The translations under genes were made by a program, and so were the position numbers. A stretch of DNA of 63,891 bases, the filler included, from Corallochytrium limacisporum Hawaii (Eukaryota; Protista; Pluriformea), in assembly GCA_002811645.1 (NCBI GenBank). It is 5 parts of 5 records of this genome, joined end to end, with 100 filler letters (N's around TTAATTAATTAA, not from the genome) between each part and the next. Parts side by side here need not be neighbours in the genome. Positions count along the whole stretch, not along the records: positions 36,827 to 41,226 come from PDIP01000214.1; positions 41,327 to 60,817 come from PDIP01000170.1; 3 more parts are not named here. The stretch is one strand, 5' to 3'. The notes beneath the pieces were generated by a model. That model ran no database searches. It was not told the DNA's origin and saw only the letters and a list, made by a program, of their open reading frames with translations. The first letter of the stretch is position 1. Each line of letters starts with the position of its first letter. Shown piece after piece: positions 37,607-48,524 of this stretch.

Positions 37607-38005
37607 ATCTGAACACAGATCAATATTTACGAGGCCCGCCCTTTCCGTCACACCCTGTGCGTCACCAGTGCGATATACAACCGGTTTGAAATCTTTCAGC
37701 GGGGAGGCCATTGTTGTGCATTGACTCGGCATACTTCGGACTATGAATTCGTTGCTGGTTTTTCTGAAAGTCTACTCAACTCTGCGGTAAAAGTTTGCGG
37801 AATGATTTGGGAAACTGCATACGTGCCAGGTTCTAACTCTTGTGCGTTTATATGTTGGATGTGATCTGGCACGGTGAGGAACTGTCCAGGAACAATTCCT
37901 CAGGATATCACAGTGGTTTACCAGCAATTGATCTGATAGCTCACTGAACATGGACTACATGATTACCTTGATTGTTTACTGAGCTACGAGTTCTTCTTCT
38001 TGACA

Positions 38006-41000
38006 ATGAGAACAAAGTCAACCAGGTCAAGGGGATCAGCCCCGTCTTCAGGCATGAAGAGCGTACTGTGCTCCGCAGCGGTCGTAGTATTTCTGGGCAT
38101 TGTACTGTCCTTTGTCTTACCATTACCCTTTGTTCAGAGTCTACTTAGTGAAGATCCAGTAGTAGAAGCTCTTAGACTGCCGAACCTTCCATTACTGATT
38201 GAGGGGGACTCCGTGCTTGCGTCCTCCACTTACCGGAATCTCATGGCATGGGGAACGTATCGACCTGGTACATTTATTGGAATCAAGGGTCAATTCCGTC
38301 ATTCTCTTCCTCCAACTAATCTTCAGCAGAACCTTAATCGATTTCCAGGGGGTGACCTTGTTTTTGGTGTAGCCTGGCGGCTCCACAGCACCTCCGCACC
38401 TGACATCTATTCTTCAAGGTTAGGTACGGATGATGACCCGAAGCGCCAGCAAAGATATGGTGTTGATCGGTATCGGGAGGAATTGCAACGCATATGGCAT
38501 GACTCTGATATGCCAGGTGGCCATGCGCTGGATACACATGAGGACCAGAGGCGTTCAGAACTGCTGCGGGCAGACTGGCAGTATCACGATGGTGTGTCTA
38601 TTGGAACTCAGTTCTTGCAGTTTGCATCCGGCTACTCTGTGACATCTTCCTTTGTAAAGAGTGAAGAGGATCCCAGAGCTTGGGTGCAGCGGGTTACTCT
38701 TGGGATTGAGGGCTGGTGGCAAGCCGTGTCCAGTGCAATGGATAACGATGCAATGGAGCGCCAGGGACCACTAGTACTTTCATTTGTAACATATGTGCAT
38801 CAAAACCATGACTTCTCCTTGTCTGGTACAACCGACTTGAGCGCAGAAAAGGAGCTTCGCGGAAGCCTGTCTATTGAAGACCCGGATCAAGTTTTGGAGG
38901 ATGGACCATGCACCCATAGTCTCAACTTGAAGATCAGTGGTTCACCAAATGTAAGGATCTCTTTGCGTCAGGATCAAGATGGCCTTACTACGCGACTGCC
39001 GCCACAGTACATGAGTTGCCATCGACGAGTGGCTGTGCTAAACTATGATCTTAGGGAAGGAAGTCCAATTGCGGGCGACTACGAAAAGGTTTTGAGGAAC
39101 ACACTTCAAGCGAATCGTGCAGATGAACAACTACCGCCAGTGCTGGCTAATGCCCCCCACGGTGCAAGAGGTCGGTTCTTGCCTCACAGACCACAAGGAC
39201 ATGGTAACTACGTAGCTGTTGAGCACTACATTCGCATAGACCCAGATGTCATCTCATCATTGGGACTCAGCTCAAACAAAACAATGTCGCGAGTGTTTTC
39301 CTTTGAGATAGTCTATCATAGTGTGCCGCAAGGTGCAGACTATGGTGGACGTGCTGACATGTCTGATGTACCGGATAGCATTGCGACACCAGGCGCTGTG
39401 AGCAAGACAATACTGAAACGGGAACGTGCGATGGCTGATCGATGCCATGCCTTGTTTCCTGAGGCTGTGTCCCATCAAGCAGATAGTAATGGAATAGTCG
39501 ATGGAACTGCTGATACCGCAGAGCTCCAAACTTTCCACCGGGTTGCCATCGCTTCCCTGCTCGGCGGAATAGGGTATTTTTCTGGAAGCGGCCGAATCGC
39601 CGTGCCTCTCCCGGAATGGGCCCGTCCGTTGTATCATACCAAACCGGATACTGTCAAGCACGTACAAGAAAACATGCCGACCTCTGTTGTCGTGGATGGG
39701 CCGGTACAGAATCTGTTTAGCGCGACCCCGAGCCGTACTTTCTTTCCTCGTGGCTTTCTTTGGGATGAAGGTTTCCACCACCTGTTACTTGTAAGATGGA
39801 ATCCGCGACTTCAACGAGATCTCCTTGCCCACTGGTTTGACCTATTGTTTGATTCCGGGTGGATTGCCCGGGAGCAAATCCTCGGTGCCGAGGCCCGCCG
39901 ACGTGTTCCGCCAGAGTTTGTTCCGCAACATCCTGATGTGGCAAACCCGCCAAGCTTTCTGCTAGTAATTCATCGCCTTGTTGAGATGGCAAATAGCATC
40001 AGCGACGTGAAGGTTTCCAGTACGAGTGCGGACAGTGGAGCAGTGGACGACCCTTCAATCGCTAGAGAAACTCGCGATTTTCTGGAGCTCTTGTATCCGA
40101 GACTACGTAAGTGGGTCAATTGGTTGGAAACCAGTCAAGCAGGCGAAATCCCTGGTACGTTCCGTTGGCGTGGCCGTGGCGAGGACATTGACAAGTTGAA
40201 TCCGCTTACTTTGGCGTCTGGACTCGATGACTATCCTAGGGCTGCCTTTCCTGGGAAAGAAGAGCGTCATGTTGATTTGCTGAGCTGGATGGGTCTCGCA
40301 ATGGATGTCATGGAGAAGTTGGCACAGTTTGTGGGTGATGAAAATGGGGTGCGCAGGTTTGCCGCCAAGCGTGCTTTATTCACAGACGAAGAGCACATAG
40401 CCGAAATGCACTGGAGCGAACATGAAAAGCAATTTGCAGACTATGGAATGCACTCCAAGAATGTCAAAGTGCTCCTAACGCCACAAGGAGAACAAGAAAG
40501 ACAGAGACTCGATCGCGTGCCAAAGAGAACAGCCATGGTAGAGCCTGAGCTTCAGCTGGTGGATGACGTGAAGGGCTACGTATCACTGTTTCCTTTCCTG
40601 GTTCGCGTGCTCCGGCCCGACAGCCAACGTCTGGGGGACATACTTGCTACGCTTCTTTGGACAAGAAAGGTTTCGTCTGCAATAGGTATTCCACACGATT
40701 CTGGTTCTGTACCATCACTCTGGTCAGAACACGGAGGGCTCATGTCATTGAGCCCGACGTCAAACTACTTTATGCAAGGAAATACTGCCCAGGATGCCCC
40801 GTATTGGCGTGGTCCTGTTTGGATCAACATTAATTATCTCGCAGTGGCAGCCTTGCGGCACTACGGCACCGTCCCTGGTCCATACCAGAAGCAATGCCAT
40901 GCACTGTACGTACAGCTAAGCCAGCAGGTGCGGAACCAGATTTTCCTTCAGTGGCGAGATCGTGGCTTCCTTTTTGAGAACTATCATCCCATCAACGGCC

Positions 41001-41080
41001 GCGGAAAGGGAGTACATCCGTTTGCTGGTTGGACCTCGCTAGCTGTATCTCTTCTGAATGAGAACGATAGCTTTTGGTAG
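38006..41080 (+). CDS. MOGS: Mannosyl-oligosaccharide glucosidase I (GH63)
   Basis: Arg-rich N-tail plus single signal-anchor; WGTYRPG, LLGGIGYFSG, LFSATPSRTFFPRGFLWDEGFH, GWIAREQILG.EAR..VP.EF, ANPP, TLASGLDDYPR, YWRGPVWININYL, ENY...G.G.G.HPF.GWTSL. ATG at 38006. Confidence 0.95.
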   Translation: MRTKSTRSRGSAPSSGMKSVLCSAAVVVFLGIVLSFVLPLPFVQSLLSEDPVVEALRLPNLPLLIEGDSVLASSTYRNLMAWGTYRPGTFIGIKGQFRHSLPPTNLQQNLNRFPGGDLVFGVAWRLHSTSAPDIYSSRLGTDDDPKRQQRYGVDRYREELQRIWHDSDMPGGHALDTHEDQRRSELLRADWQYHDGVSIGTQFLQFASGYSVTSSFVKSEEDPRAWVQRVTLGIEGWWQAVSSAMDNDAMERQGPLVLSFVTYVHQNHDFSLSGTTDLSAEKELRGSLSIEDPDQVLEDGPCTHSLNLKISGSPNVRISLRQDQDGLTTRLPPQYMSCHRRVAVLNYDLREGSPIAGDYEKVLRNTLQANRADEQLPPVLANAPHGARGRFLPHRPQGHGNYVAVEHYIRIDPDVISSLGLSSNKTMSRVFSFEIVYHSVPQGADYGGRADMSDVPDSIATPGAVSKTILKRERAMADRCHALFPEAVSHQADSNGIVDGTADTAELQTFHRVAIASLLGGIGYFSGSGRIAVPLPEWARPLYHTKPDTVKHVQENMPTSVVVDGPVQNLFSATPSRTFFPRGFLWDEGFHHLLLVRWNPRLQRDLLAHWFDLLFDSGWIAREQILGAEARRRVPPEFVPQHPDVANPPSFLLVIHRLVEMANSISDVKVSSTSADSGAVDDPSIARETRDFLELLYPRLRKWVNWLETSQAGEIPGTFRWRGRGEDIDKLNPLTLASGLDDYPRAAFPGKEERHVDLLSWMGLAMDVMEKLAQFVGDENGVRRFAAKRALFTDEEHIAEMHWSEHEKQFADYGMHSKNVKVLLTPQGEQERQRLDRVPKRTAMVEPELQLVDDVKGYVSLFPFLVRVLRPDSQRLGDILATLLWTRKVSSAIGIPHDSGSVPSLWSEHGGLMSLSPTSNYFMQGNTAQDAPYWRGPVWININYLAVAALRHYGTVPGPYQKQCHALYVQLSQQVRNQIFLQWRDRGFLFENYHPINGRGKGVHPFAGWTSLAVSLLNENDSFW

Positions 41081-41226
41081 GTACGACATTCTGAACTGTC
41101 TAAATATATTAAACAATCAACAGGTTTCAATGCTAGTAGATGACTTGGGAATTCGAGTATGCGCATGGTCCAACAAGAACGCTTTCGCAGTTATCAAGAC
41201 ATTAACGGAACCCCCCCCCCCAACGG

Positions 41227-41326
41227 NNNNNNNNNNNNNNNNNNNNNNNNNNNNNNNNNNNNNNNNNNNNTTAATTAATTAANNNNNNNNNNNNNNNNNN
41301 NNNNNNNNNNNNNNNNNNNNNNNNNN
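41227..41326. other. Artificial contig linker N44-TTAATTAATTAA-N44
   Basis: Same 100-bp construct. Confidence 0.95.
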
Positions 41327-41393
41327 CTCCCTCCCTCCTTATTCCGGTTGATTAAATGTGATTTGGAGCAATATTTCGACGCAGAGGATAGTA
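41327..41393 (+). repeat. 67-bp dispersed repeat, copy 2
   Basis: Near-identical to 36847-36913; both copies sit at contig starts. Confidence 0.9.
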
Positions 41394-42644
41394 CATTATC
41401 CATACAAGCCACCTCACCCAACCATCCCTTCCCGCGATTCCGGGGTCTCCGTGCTGACGATCCGCGAGGGGTGCCAGCAAAAAAAAAAATTCTCCTACTT
41501 TTTTAAAATTGACTTTGTCGGCTTTTGGCTACACGCCGAAGAGGGCCGGACAACCCACCTCGCCAAAACCTCGCGGTGGCGCCTACAAAGGACCGAACCC
41601 CCCCCCCCCCGGCGGGAGGCCTAGGGGACCTGAAACTGCGATGGTTTCATCAAAGTAAAAGGAAAAAAAAAAAAAAAGAGGGACAGAAAAAGTAAGAGAG
41701 AACTGTGCATCAGTAAACCATAAAGAAAGGGGGAAAGAATAAAATATAGGGGAAGGGACCCAATGTTTTAAAAAGAAGAAAATGGTTCGACAGCGAGCGG
41801 ACGGACATTCATCACCGCCGGTACGGGTTTTCTCACAGAGTGCATGGATGTAAATTATAAAATGTCAGTATATATATAAAGGGTAACTAATCATAGATAA
41901 ATATAAGATATGGTGGTGCTATATTTAAATTTAAAATAGTCAGTATATAAATATATCGCTCCTGACGCCACGGAGTGGCACGGGCAGAGAGGTGGCTATG
42001 GGGCGACCCCTAAGGAACGAAGGGAAGGGCAGGAACCCAGGCGGCGGTCCCGTGCACATTCGCCGTCTGAGCTAAGTGAGTGCTAAGAGTCTTGAGCATC
42101 ATGGGTCAAGTCGGATGTGTTGCACTACTGCGGCACAAATAAAATACAAACCGTGTCACAGGATGCTGCATATTTGCATGCCAGCCGATGATGGCGGTGG
42201 TGGCGGTGACGAACTTTGGCGTGAAGCCGGGGGAACGAAGTAGATGCTAATATGAAGTCTACGATCTTTCCTTGTTTTGCTGAGATAATCGTCACACCCG
42301 CGCACGCAAACACTCGAACAGGGTTTAATACAATGAGGGCGATGATGACAAGTGACTCCTTCGCGTATGTGTTCCAAAGTTCCAACGCCAGCCAAAGGAG
42401 TCCCACTCCTTTTAAACCAGTGTGCGCTGTCAAGGCTGACAGGTGGCTGGCCTTTGGAAATAAAGAATGAGCCCTAACTGCTATCATCGGCGCCACAGGG
42501 GCCTGAAGATCGCCCGCGAACCGGGGCTATTTCGGATCGGCTGCGGTCTGCTTCACAGGACAGCATTGAGCCTAGCTCTGTGGGATGTTCGTTCATTGTT
42601 CGCTTCTAAAGAAAGCGGCCCTTGCCATGTAGACATTATTTCTC

Positions 42645-43196
42645 ATGAATGAAGAGGCAAAGAAAGACATGTCAAGACAAGTGCAGCAGAACGAGGGCCA
42701 AGGTGAAACGTTCCGTTTGTCCGATCCGAGCCAGATCAAACGGTTGCTGTCGCTTGGAACGGGGCAGGAAGGAGAACCGCGAATTATGGGGAAACCTCCA
42801 CCATATCCTCTGGTTCTACAGGTGCTGATCCTTGCAGATGACAAATCTCTCGGTCGTCTAGGGGGACCTCGTGGGGATAAACTGCCAAATGATCTTATGC
42901 AATTGATCATGGAGATAGTCAGCACTAACATTGTGATAAACACAAACAGTGACATCAATATCGACGTCAAACGCAAAGCGTACCAAAAGTCGTATCATAA
43001 ACCATCATCAGACGATGCTAACTGGGAGTGTGTGTGGTATTTCCGGCCGGTCGGATACTCTGCCTCATTGCTAGAGCCGCGGATCAGTGCGATTAAGGAT
43101 GAAGATGGGGATCGACCTATTCTGATGGAGCCGAGGAAGCTCGTGGAAATGGCATTAGTTGTGGAATTTAATGGAATAGATTTAGAGCCTTCATGA
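42645..43196 (+). CDS. Hypothetical protein (183 aa)
   Basis: ATG-initiated ORF of globular composition, convergent with ATRIP at 81 bp. It has a weak F-box-like LPNDLMQLIME segment; no family recognised. Confidence 0.4.
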   Translation: MNEEAKKDMSRQVQQNEGQGETFRLSDPSQIKRLLSLGTGQEGEPRIMGKPPPYPLVLQVLILADDKSLGRLGGPRGDKLPNDLMQLIMEIVSTNIVINTNSDINIDVKRKAYQKSYHKPSSDDANWECVWYFRPVGYSASLLEPRISAIKDEDGDRPILMEPRKLVEMALVVEFNGIDLEPS

Positions 43197-43277
43197 TAGG
43201 CATCAGGACACTTACCTACAGAACTAAATTGTGATTGGAATCTAGTGCAAGGACCCATTTTGCTCCTCCTCTGTGGA

Positions 43278-46037
43278 TCAAAGATCCAGGTACGACGCCA
43301 AGTCACGAATCTGACTCACAGTCATGCCAGGAATGCTGGAATCACCTCCTGCTCTGACAATCCATTGCAGCAGGGGAATTAGAACGATGAAATCGCCGTA
43401 CGCAACGCGAGCATGCCGAACGATGTTGGGGTCCTGCTTGAAACACAGATACAGCAGACTCACTCCCCTCCGTAGCGCATCGAGCAAGAGTTTTTCGTTG
43501 CTGCGGAACTGACACTCAAAATCTTTGCAACGGCGCTGCAACTCCCAGGCGTTCTTGACGCTGCGCGCCAGGTGGCAGAGAAAGACAGTCAGGCGGTGAA
43601 TCAGATTTTGGCCGCAGCTGCATTCCAGTGGATGGTAGAGTACACGAGACCAGGCACCGCCCCTAGAGCCCGGTGGGATAGACACTTCCGCGGTGGGTCT
43701 GCGGTGTTGGCTGTGTGGGTGTCGGAAAGGCGACGGTTGAAGTGACTCGTTGTTAGCAACACCATTGCCACCGGTGGCTACATCGTTTGCCTCGAAGATC
43801 ACTGCCAAAGACTTAGCTGTGGCCCCTAGGGCGTCCACCAGGGCATTCAGCGCTTCTGCTGCAAGTTTGAGCTCGAGGTCTGTAAAGTTCTCCTGCATGG
43901 GCAGTAGACGGATGACGTCGAGCAAACGGCACAGTGGAATCGGTTCCCGCAGGGCATGTACGTACTGCATGTGTGGCCACATGACATACGATTGGTAATA
44001 TCGCATCTGCGGAGTTGCATCATGCGGTTGATCCCACTCAGAGCTGGGGCTTGCGCAGGAGTATTCAATGTCTCCAAGAATCTTGTGGTCGGTAGTGATG
44101 TGGTTATAGTTCCATTCATGTAGGTAGTGCATCTCATGGCGGAGCATTCCCATCACAGCTTTGCCCATAGCATATATCTGCTCTTCACCTGCGGATGTGT
44201 CGTCCAATAGACCCGCACCGTTACTCTGTTGCCCACTCTCGGCCCTCTCGAAAATTTTTGCGTACACTTGGGTCCCACTGAGCAGTAGTGATCCCAGCAG
44301 ATTGTACGCCGGGTGGTTCAGCAAAAAGTCCAAAAGCTTGCGCTTACGATCCACAGGGTCATACCTCTGCGCGTACACACCAAGCAATGTAAACAATTTG
44401 CCTACAAAACTCAAACCCTCTACCGCCCAGCGAACATAGGCCGGGTGCTGCTGATGTGCAGTGGTCACAAGGTAGGTCTTGCTGCCTGGCACAGCGGTGG
44501 AAGGTTGCGGACCAGCCACAACGTTGCTACCCGTCATCTGGCCAAGTGTCTGGCAGTAGCTAAGATAGATTGCAATCACGTCTCTGCGCCTACCAATAGG
44601 TACAAACTGATCATCTGGGGCCCTCTGTTTCGGCGCACTGGGCAGGCTCCCTATGGGTTGTTCAGTCTGCATGTCACCACCTTCGACTGCGGCAACTCGG
44701 TGCAGTACGTCCATCCAGAACCAGGAGTGACTGCACGGATGGTTCCCGTGAGGTGCACGCTCGTCTTCTTGTTGGTCCAGAGTAATCATTAGACTGGGAT
44801 CAGCCTCAAACGCATGTGTCAGCCAGTCTAATGCCGTGGAACCCATCTGCAGGTAGTGGATTGCTGTTGTCGCATCCGTCTTCCTTTCGTTGGCCCTGAT
44901 ACCGTAGATTGACTTCGGTTCTTCAAACCTTGGGTCCTTGTCGTGCACTTCCCACCCAGGATCATTTACTCGCGCATTGTGATCCCACAACCAGGTCACG
45001 GCTTCCATGCCAGTGATCACGCACCATCTAGCTTGAGCGAGCTGGGCGTACGGTTTGGTATCTGGGATGCCAGTGGGATTTGCACTCTTGCTCAACAGTG
45101 ACAGAAAACTTTGGCGCTTTTGTTCCGCTTCTGCAGTGTGTAAGTGGGAGTGGATAGTCTGTGATTTAGGAAAAGAGATACTGACAGCAGTCCTGTTGTC
45201 CTCTACTCCAATCTTTGAGGATTTCGTCCGGTCTCCTCCAGGGTTATCATCTAGACGGAACGGGTTGACATCCTTTGAAGTCAGATCCACTCGGACCATT
45301 GCAGTGACTGCGCCCCCAACTGCCGATGTGCCACCTACCAGTGTTTCCCGTCGATGCGTTGAGAACGTTCCCAGTGGCGACCTGGTGGAGATCGGGGTGC
45401 TGCTGGTACCACCGTCCTCCACTGGAGCCGGTCGCTTCAAACCGCCGGCCGCAATGGGTGTTCTCATTGCAGACAGTCGCTGAGGTGGACTCTGCAGTAC
45501 CCGGTGCTGCGAGGATGAACCACCAACTGCCGATCCACTGCTGCGGTCTTTCTCTCTGAGCTTCTTGAGCGCCCGTTGTACCTCCCGGTGTTCTGCTTCT
45601 TGGAAGGATATTCGAGCCTTAAGGCCATCGTTCTCACTCTGTAGCTTCTTAAGCGTCTGCATAAAAGTCACTTCCTGCGATTTCTGTTTTTCTTCCTTGG
45701 TGCTGTTCTCTTCCGCTTTTTGTTTTCCCATGCGTGCAATCTGTTGCTTAAGATCTCTCAGTTGGGCCCTGAGGATCTTGACTTCACCATCACGTATATC
45801 GGCAGAGGATGCAGTCGAGCCAGAGTTGGTCACTTCAGAGTACTGATTGATCAAATGTGGCTTTAATGTTTGTTGAGATAACTTGCGCTGCTGGGCGAAT
45901 TGCTCGGCTGCCTCATCCGCCTTGGCGGACATAGCCCAGAATTCCTCGTCATCGTCGTCATCAAAGTCCATCATTCGTGCTGCAAAACTCGATTGTTTCT
46001 GTTGCTCTTTACCAACTGCACGGGAGGCGGCACCCAT
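43278..46037 (-). CDS. ATRIP: ATR-interacting protein (ATRIP/Rad26/Ddc2-like)
   Basis: Acidic N-terminal DFDDDDDEEFW motif. The coiled coil DGEVKILRAQL...KLQSE...ISFQEAE matches ATRIP NGEIKILRDSL...KLQSL..ELQFKDAE. The C-terminal CSC..NLIHRLTVFL...LRRGVSLLY resembles ATRIP CQC..EVVRALTVML...LRDTVLLLH. First ATG is at 46037. Confidence 0.7.
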   Translation of the reverse strand: MGAASRAVGKEQQKQSSFAARMMDFDDDDDEEFWAMSAKADEAAEQFAQQRKLSQQTLKPHLINQYSEVTNSGSTASSADIRDGEVKILRAQLRDLKQQIARMGKQKAEENSTKEEKQKSQEVTFMQTLKKLQSENDGLKARISFQEAEHREVQRALKKLREKDRSSGSAVGGSSSQHRVLQSPPQRLSAMRTPIAAGGLKRPAPVEDGGTSSTPISTRSPLGTFSTHRRETLVGGTSAVGGAVTAMVRVDLTSKDVNPFRLDDNPGGDRTKSSKIGVEDNRTAVSISFPKSQTIHSHLHTAEAEQKRQSFLSLLSKSANPTGIPDTKPYAQLAQARWCVITGMEAVTWLWDHNARVNDPGWEVHDKDPRFEEPKSIYGIRANERKTDATTAIHYLQMGSTALDWLTHAFEADPSLMITLDQQEDERAPHGNHPCSHSWFWMDVLHRVAAVEGGDMQTEQPIGSLPSAPKQRAPDDQFVPIGRRRDVIAIYLSYCQTLGQMTGSNVVAGPQPSTAVPGSKTYLVTTAHQQHPAYVRWAVEGLSFVGKLFTLLGVYAQRYDPVDRKRKLLDFLLNHPAYNLLGSLLLSGTQVYAKIFERAESGQQSNGAGLLDDTSAGEEQIYAMGKAVMGMLRHEMHYLHEWNYNHITTDHKILGDIEYSCASPSSEWDQPHDATPQMRYYQSYVMWPHMQYVHALREPIPLCRLLDVIRLLPMQENFTDLELKLAAEALNALVDALGATAKSLAVIFEANDVATGGNGVANNESLQPSPFRHPHSQHRRPTAEVSIPPGSRGGAWSRVLYHPLECSCGQNLIHRLTVFLCHLARSVKNAWELQRRCKDFECQFRSNEKLLLDALRRGVSLLYLCFKQDPNIVRHARVAYGDFIVLIPLLQWIVRAGGDSSIPGMTVSQIRDLASYLDL

Positions 46038-46614
46038 GCCACCACCCGAATGAATGTCTGTCACCTTGGATATCTTGGGCCCTGTCACAGCCTCGAACGG
46101 ATCGAACAGTCAGGTACTGATTTACGCACAGGGGTTACCTTAAACACCCGGTGTCCTTTACCACAACGACTACACCCATCCACGGTCCAGAACATAATCG
46201 CACATACTGCATTAATCTCATATGCATGCAAGCAGTGCAACTTCGGCACAATAATGATGGACTGACTACCGTCAAGTACCTTATCAATACATGAGGAAGC
46301 AGCTTCTCCATCCTGAGCTGAGACTTGCTCCCTTGAAAACGGCGCGCCAAGGGAGAAGGCGCAGGAGTGGGGAAGGGAAAGTGGGGGCACTGGCTGTGAA
46401 TGGGGAACGGGGGGAGGTAGCAGTGGTATTGGGACTGACCAGTCAGGGAATTCCAAAATGGCAAATGTATGGGAGTCTATTTTCTTTAATAGTGTTTCCT
46501 TCGGCGATGGAGTAAAACGGCGTTGTCCTGTCCGCGCACGACCTGTGGCAGGTCTCGCCGATTCCACGATCGACCTGCAGGCTAAGCACCCCTAAACCAA
46601 AATTTTGAATTTAC

Positions 46615-47442
46615 TCATGCTGCAGATGTGGGCAAAGCCTCCTCTAACTTGCATACAATACTGGACAGACTCTTGGCAGCCTCGGCGTCGCTGAAGGCGA
46701 CAGCATATGGTTTGCCCGCATCTAACGCAGCAGTTAGCTGCGGCTCGAGTGGAATGTGGCCAAGGTACGGAACAGAGAACTGTTCAGCAACAGCCTTGCC
46801 ACCACCCTGCGCAAACATTGCTGTGCATTCGGAGCAGTGGGGGCATACAAATCCGGACATGTTCTCGACTACTCCAAGGACATTGACCTTGGCCCGTTTG
46901 CAGAAGTTCAGTTCCTTGCGGACGTCCGCTAGAGCCACGTTCTGCGGTGTGGTAATTACCACTGCACCTGAAGGCTTAACTTTCCGCAGATTTTCAACCA
47001 CGCTGATGTGTTCATCTGAAGTTCCCGGGGGTGTATCAATAATCAGATAGTCCAAGTCACCCCAATACACCTCTGTCAGGAACTGCTTCACCATGGCTGT
47101 CTTCTTTGGCCCACGCCAGACAATGGCTTCATCTCCGCCTCCAGTCAGGAAACCAATACTCATGACTCGTAGGTGGCTGTCCGTGTCCTTGGCAAAGATG
47201 GGTACCCAGCCGTCCGAGGACTGGTGGACAGTTTCTGTATCCAGGCCCAGCATGCGCGGTACACTCGGTCCTGTAATGTCGAGGTCGAGGAGACCGACCT
47301 TCTTGCCTTTCGATGCCAGACTAAGGGCTAATTGTGTACTCACTGTGGACTTTCCTACTCCACCTTTACCACTTAGCACTAGAATTACGTGCTTGATCGC
47401 CTGGAAGCGGCGCACCAGCCTTTTGTCGTCCTCGTCTGCCAT
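46615..47442 (-). CDS. NUBP2: Cytosolic Fe-S assembly P-loop NTPase NUBP2/Cfd1
   Basis: [71 protein letters not shown]. It lacks the N-terminal four-Cys extension of Nbp35/NUBP1. Confidence 0.93.
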   Translation of the reverse strand: MADEDDKRLVRRFQAIKHVILVLSGKGGVGKSTVSTQLALSLASKGKKVGLLDLDITGPSVPRMLGLDTETVHQSSDGWVPIFAKDTDSHLRVMSIGFLTGGGDEAIVWRGPKKTAMVKQFLTEVYWGDLDYLIIDTPPGTSDEHISVVENLRKVKPSGAVVITTPQNVALADVRKELNFCKRAKVNVLGVVENMSGFVCPHCSECTAMFAQGGGKAVAEQFSVPYLGHIPLEPQLTAALDAGKPYAVAFSDAEAAKSLSSIVCKLEEALPTSAA

Positions 47443-47948
47443 AGCCCTAGATCAACTTAAAACCGGTATGCGTCTTTTCGATGTCTACTGATCATTATTA
47501 AATTGAAACCAACGTTGCAGCCTACAGGTTTAATTACCTCATTCGTACGTGTTCCAAGGTTTGACAGCGCGAAACAGTAGGCCTTCGCGAAGAAGTGCGG
47601 AAGGGTCGCCGAAGCACGCTCCTGGAGAACCCTCTCCCTCCCGGGTCAAAGACCCCTCTCTGGCTTTTCACTTGTGCTGAACACCACCGCCGGGTATGTC
47701 AGCCCATTCTTTTTGTGCGGTAACGGGACCTTGTCAGATGAAAATAGGCCCCCGGTCTTACAGAGTGCTGGTTCGGACGGGAATTGTCCACAACAGGCAC
47801 GCCCGCCTAGGTGCACCTGCTGTTATTTGGACAACAATAGGTATCTGGGAAATACAGACTATACCTACGTACGCAGAAATCTGGGTTTAGGTGTTCACAT
47901 ATTGAAGCTGTGTACCAAAGACTGCGAATTGTAACAGCGCACGCTATT

Positions 47949-48524
47949 ATGGCGACGAACCTGACCCAGCTTGACAGCGAAACGCTTCCGCAGACGCCCC
48001 ACAGCGAATACGGGGGCAGTGATACACTTAGTCGAACCAGTTTGCTTAGTCTTGGAAACAAACGGTTTCTGGATCCCAGCACGACAAAAACTGTGGACAG
48101 AGCCACTAAGGGACTGAATGGTAGTATCAATCTCTACGCCACCGAGGTCAGTGTTCGTCTGTTTGCAGTGCAGAAGTCGTCATATCGCATGGTACCAGAG
48201 GTCGTGCAACATAGCCAGCATATCAAGGGTCTTGGAGAGACAGTGAGTGGACAAGAACATGACCTTCAGCTGAACACAAGTCAGCTTGAGTCTTTCAAAA
48301 AAGTACCGGAGCGGATAGATAGTTTGGTTCACTTGTGCGATAGGGCTTCCATCGCTCTGCAAGAGATCAATCCAGAGGCAGTGAAGCGAACGTGGCTGAG
48401 TAATCCGGAACTAGCCTTCTCGGGGGAAGCAATAGGATCGCATTCTGGCAATTTCGTAGAAGGAGAGGAAGGAGCAAACCAAAACAAAGGTGAAAAAGGG
48501 CAGGGAGACACAACTTCATCATGA
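47949..48524 (+). CDS. BORCS8: BORC complex subunit 8 (MEF2BNB)-like protein
   Basis: TVDRATKGLNGSINLYATEVSVRLFAVQKSSYRMVPEVVQH aligns by eye with BORCS8 [39 protein letters not shown]. ATG at 47949. Confidence 0.6.
   Translation: MATNLTQLDSETLPQTPHSEYGGSDTLSRTSLLSLGNKRFLDPSTTKTVDRATKGLNGSINLYATEVSVRLFAVQKSSYRMVPEVVQHSQHIKGLGETVSGQEHDLQLNTSQLESFKKVPERIDSLVHLCDRASIALQEINPEAVKRTWLSNPELAFSGEAIGSHSGNFVEGEEGANQNKGEKGQGDTTSS

Noticed and set aside
47584-47613. Possible heat-shock element in the NUBP2/BORCS8 divergent promoter (TTCgcGAA plus further GAA)
   Set aside because: Only two correctly phased nGAAn units; the other GAA triplets are out of register.
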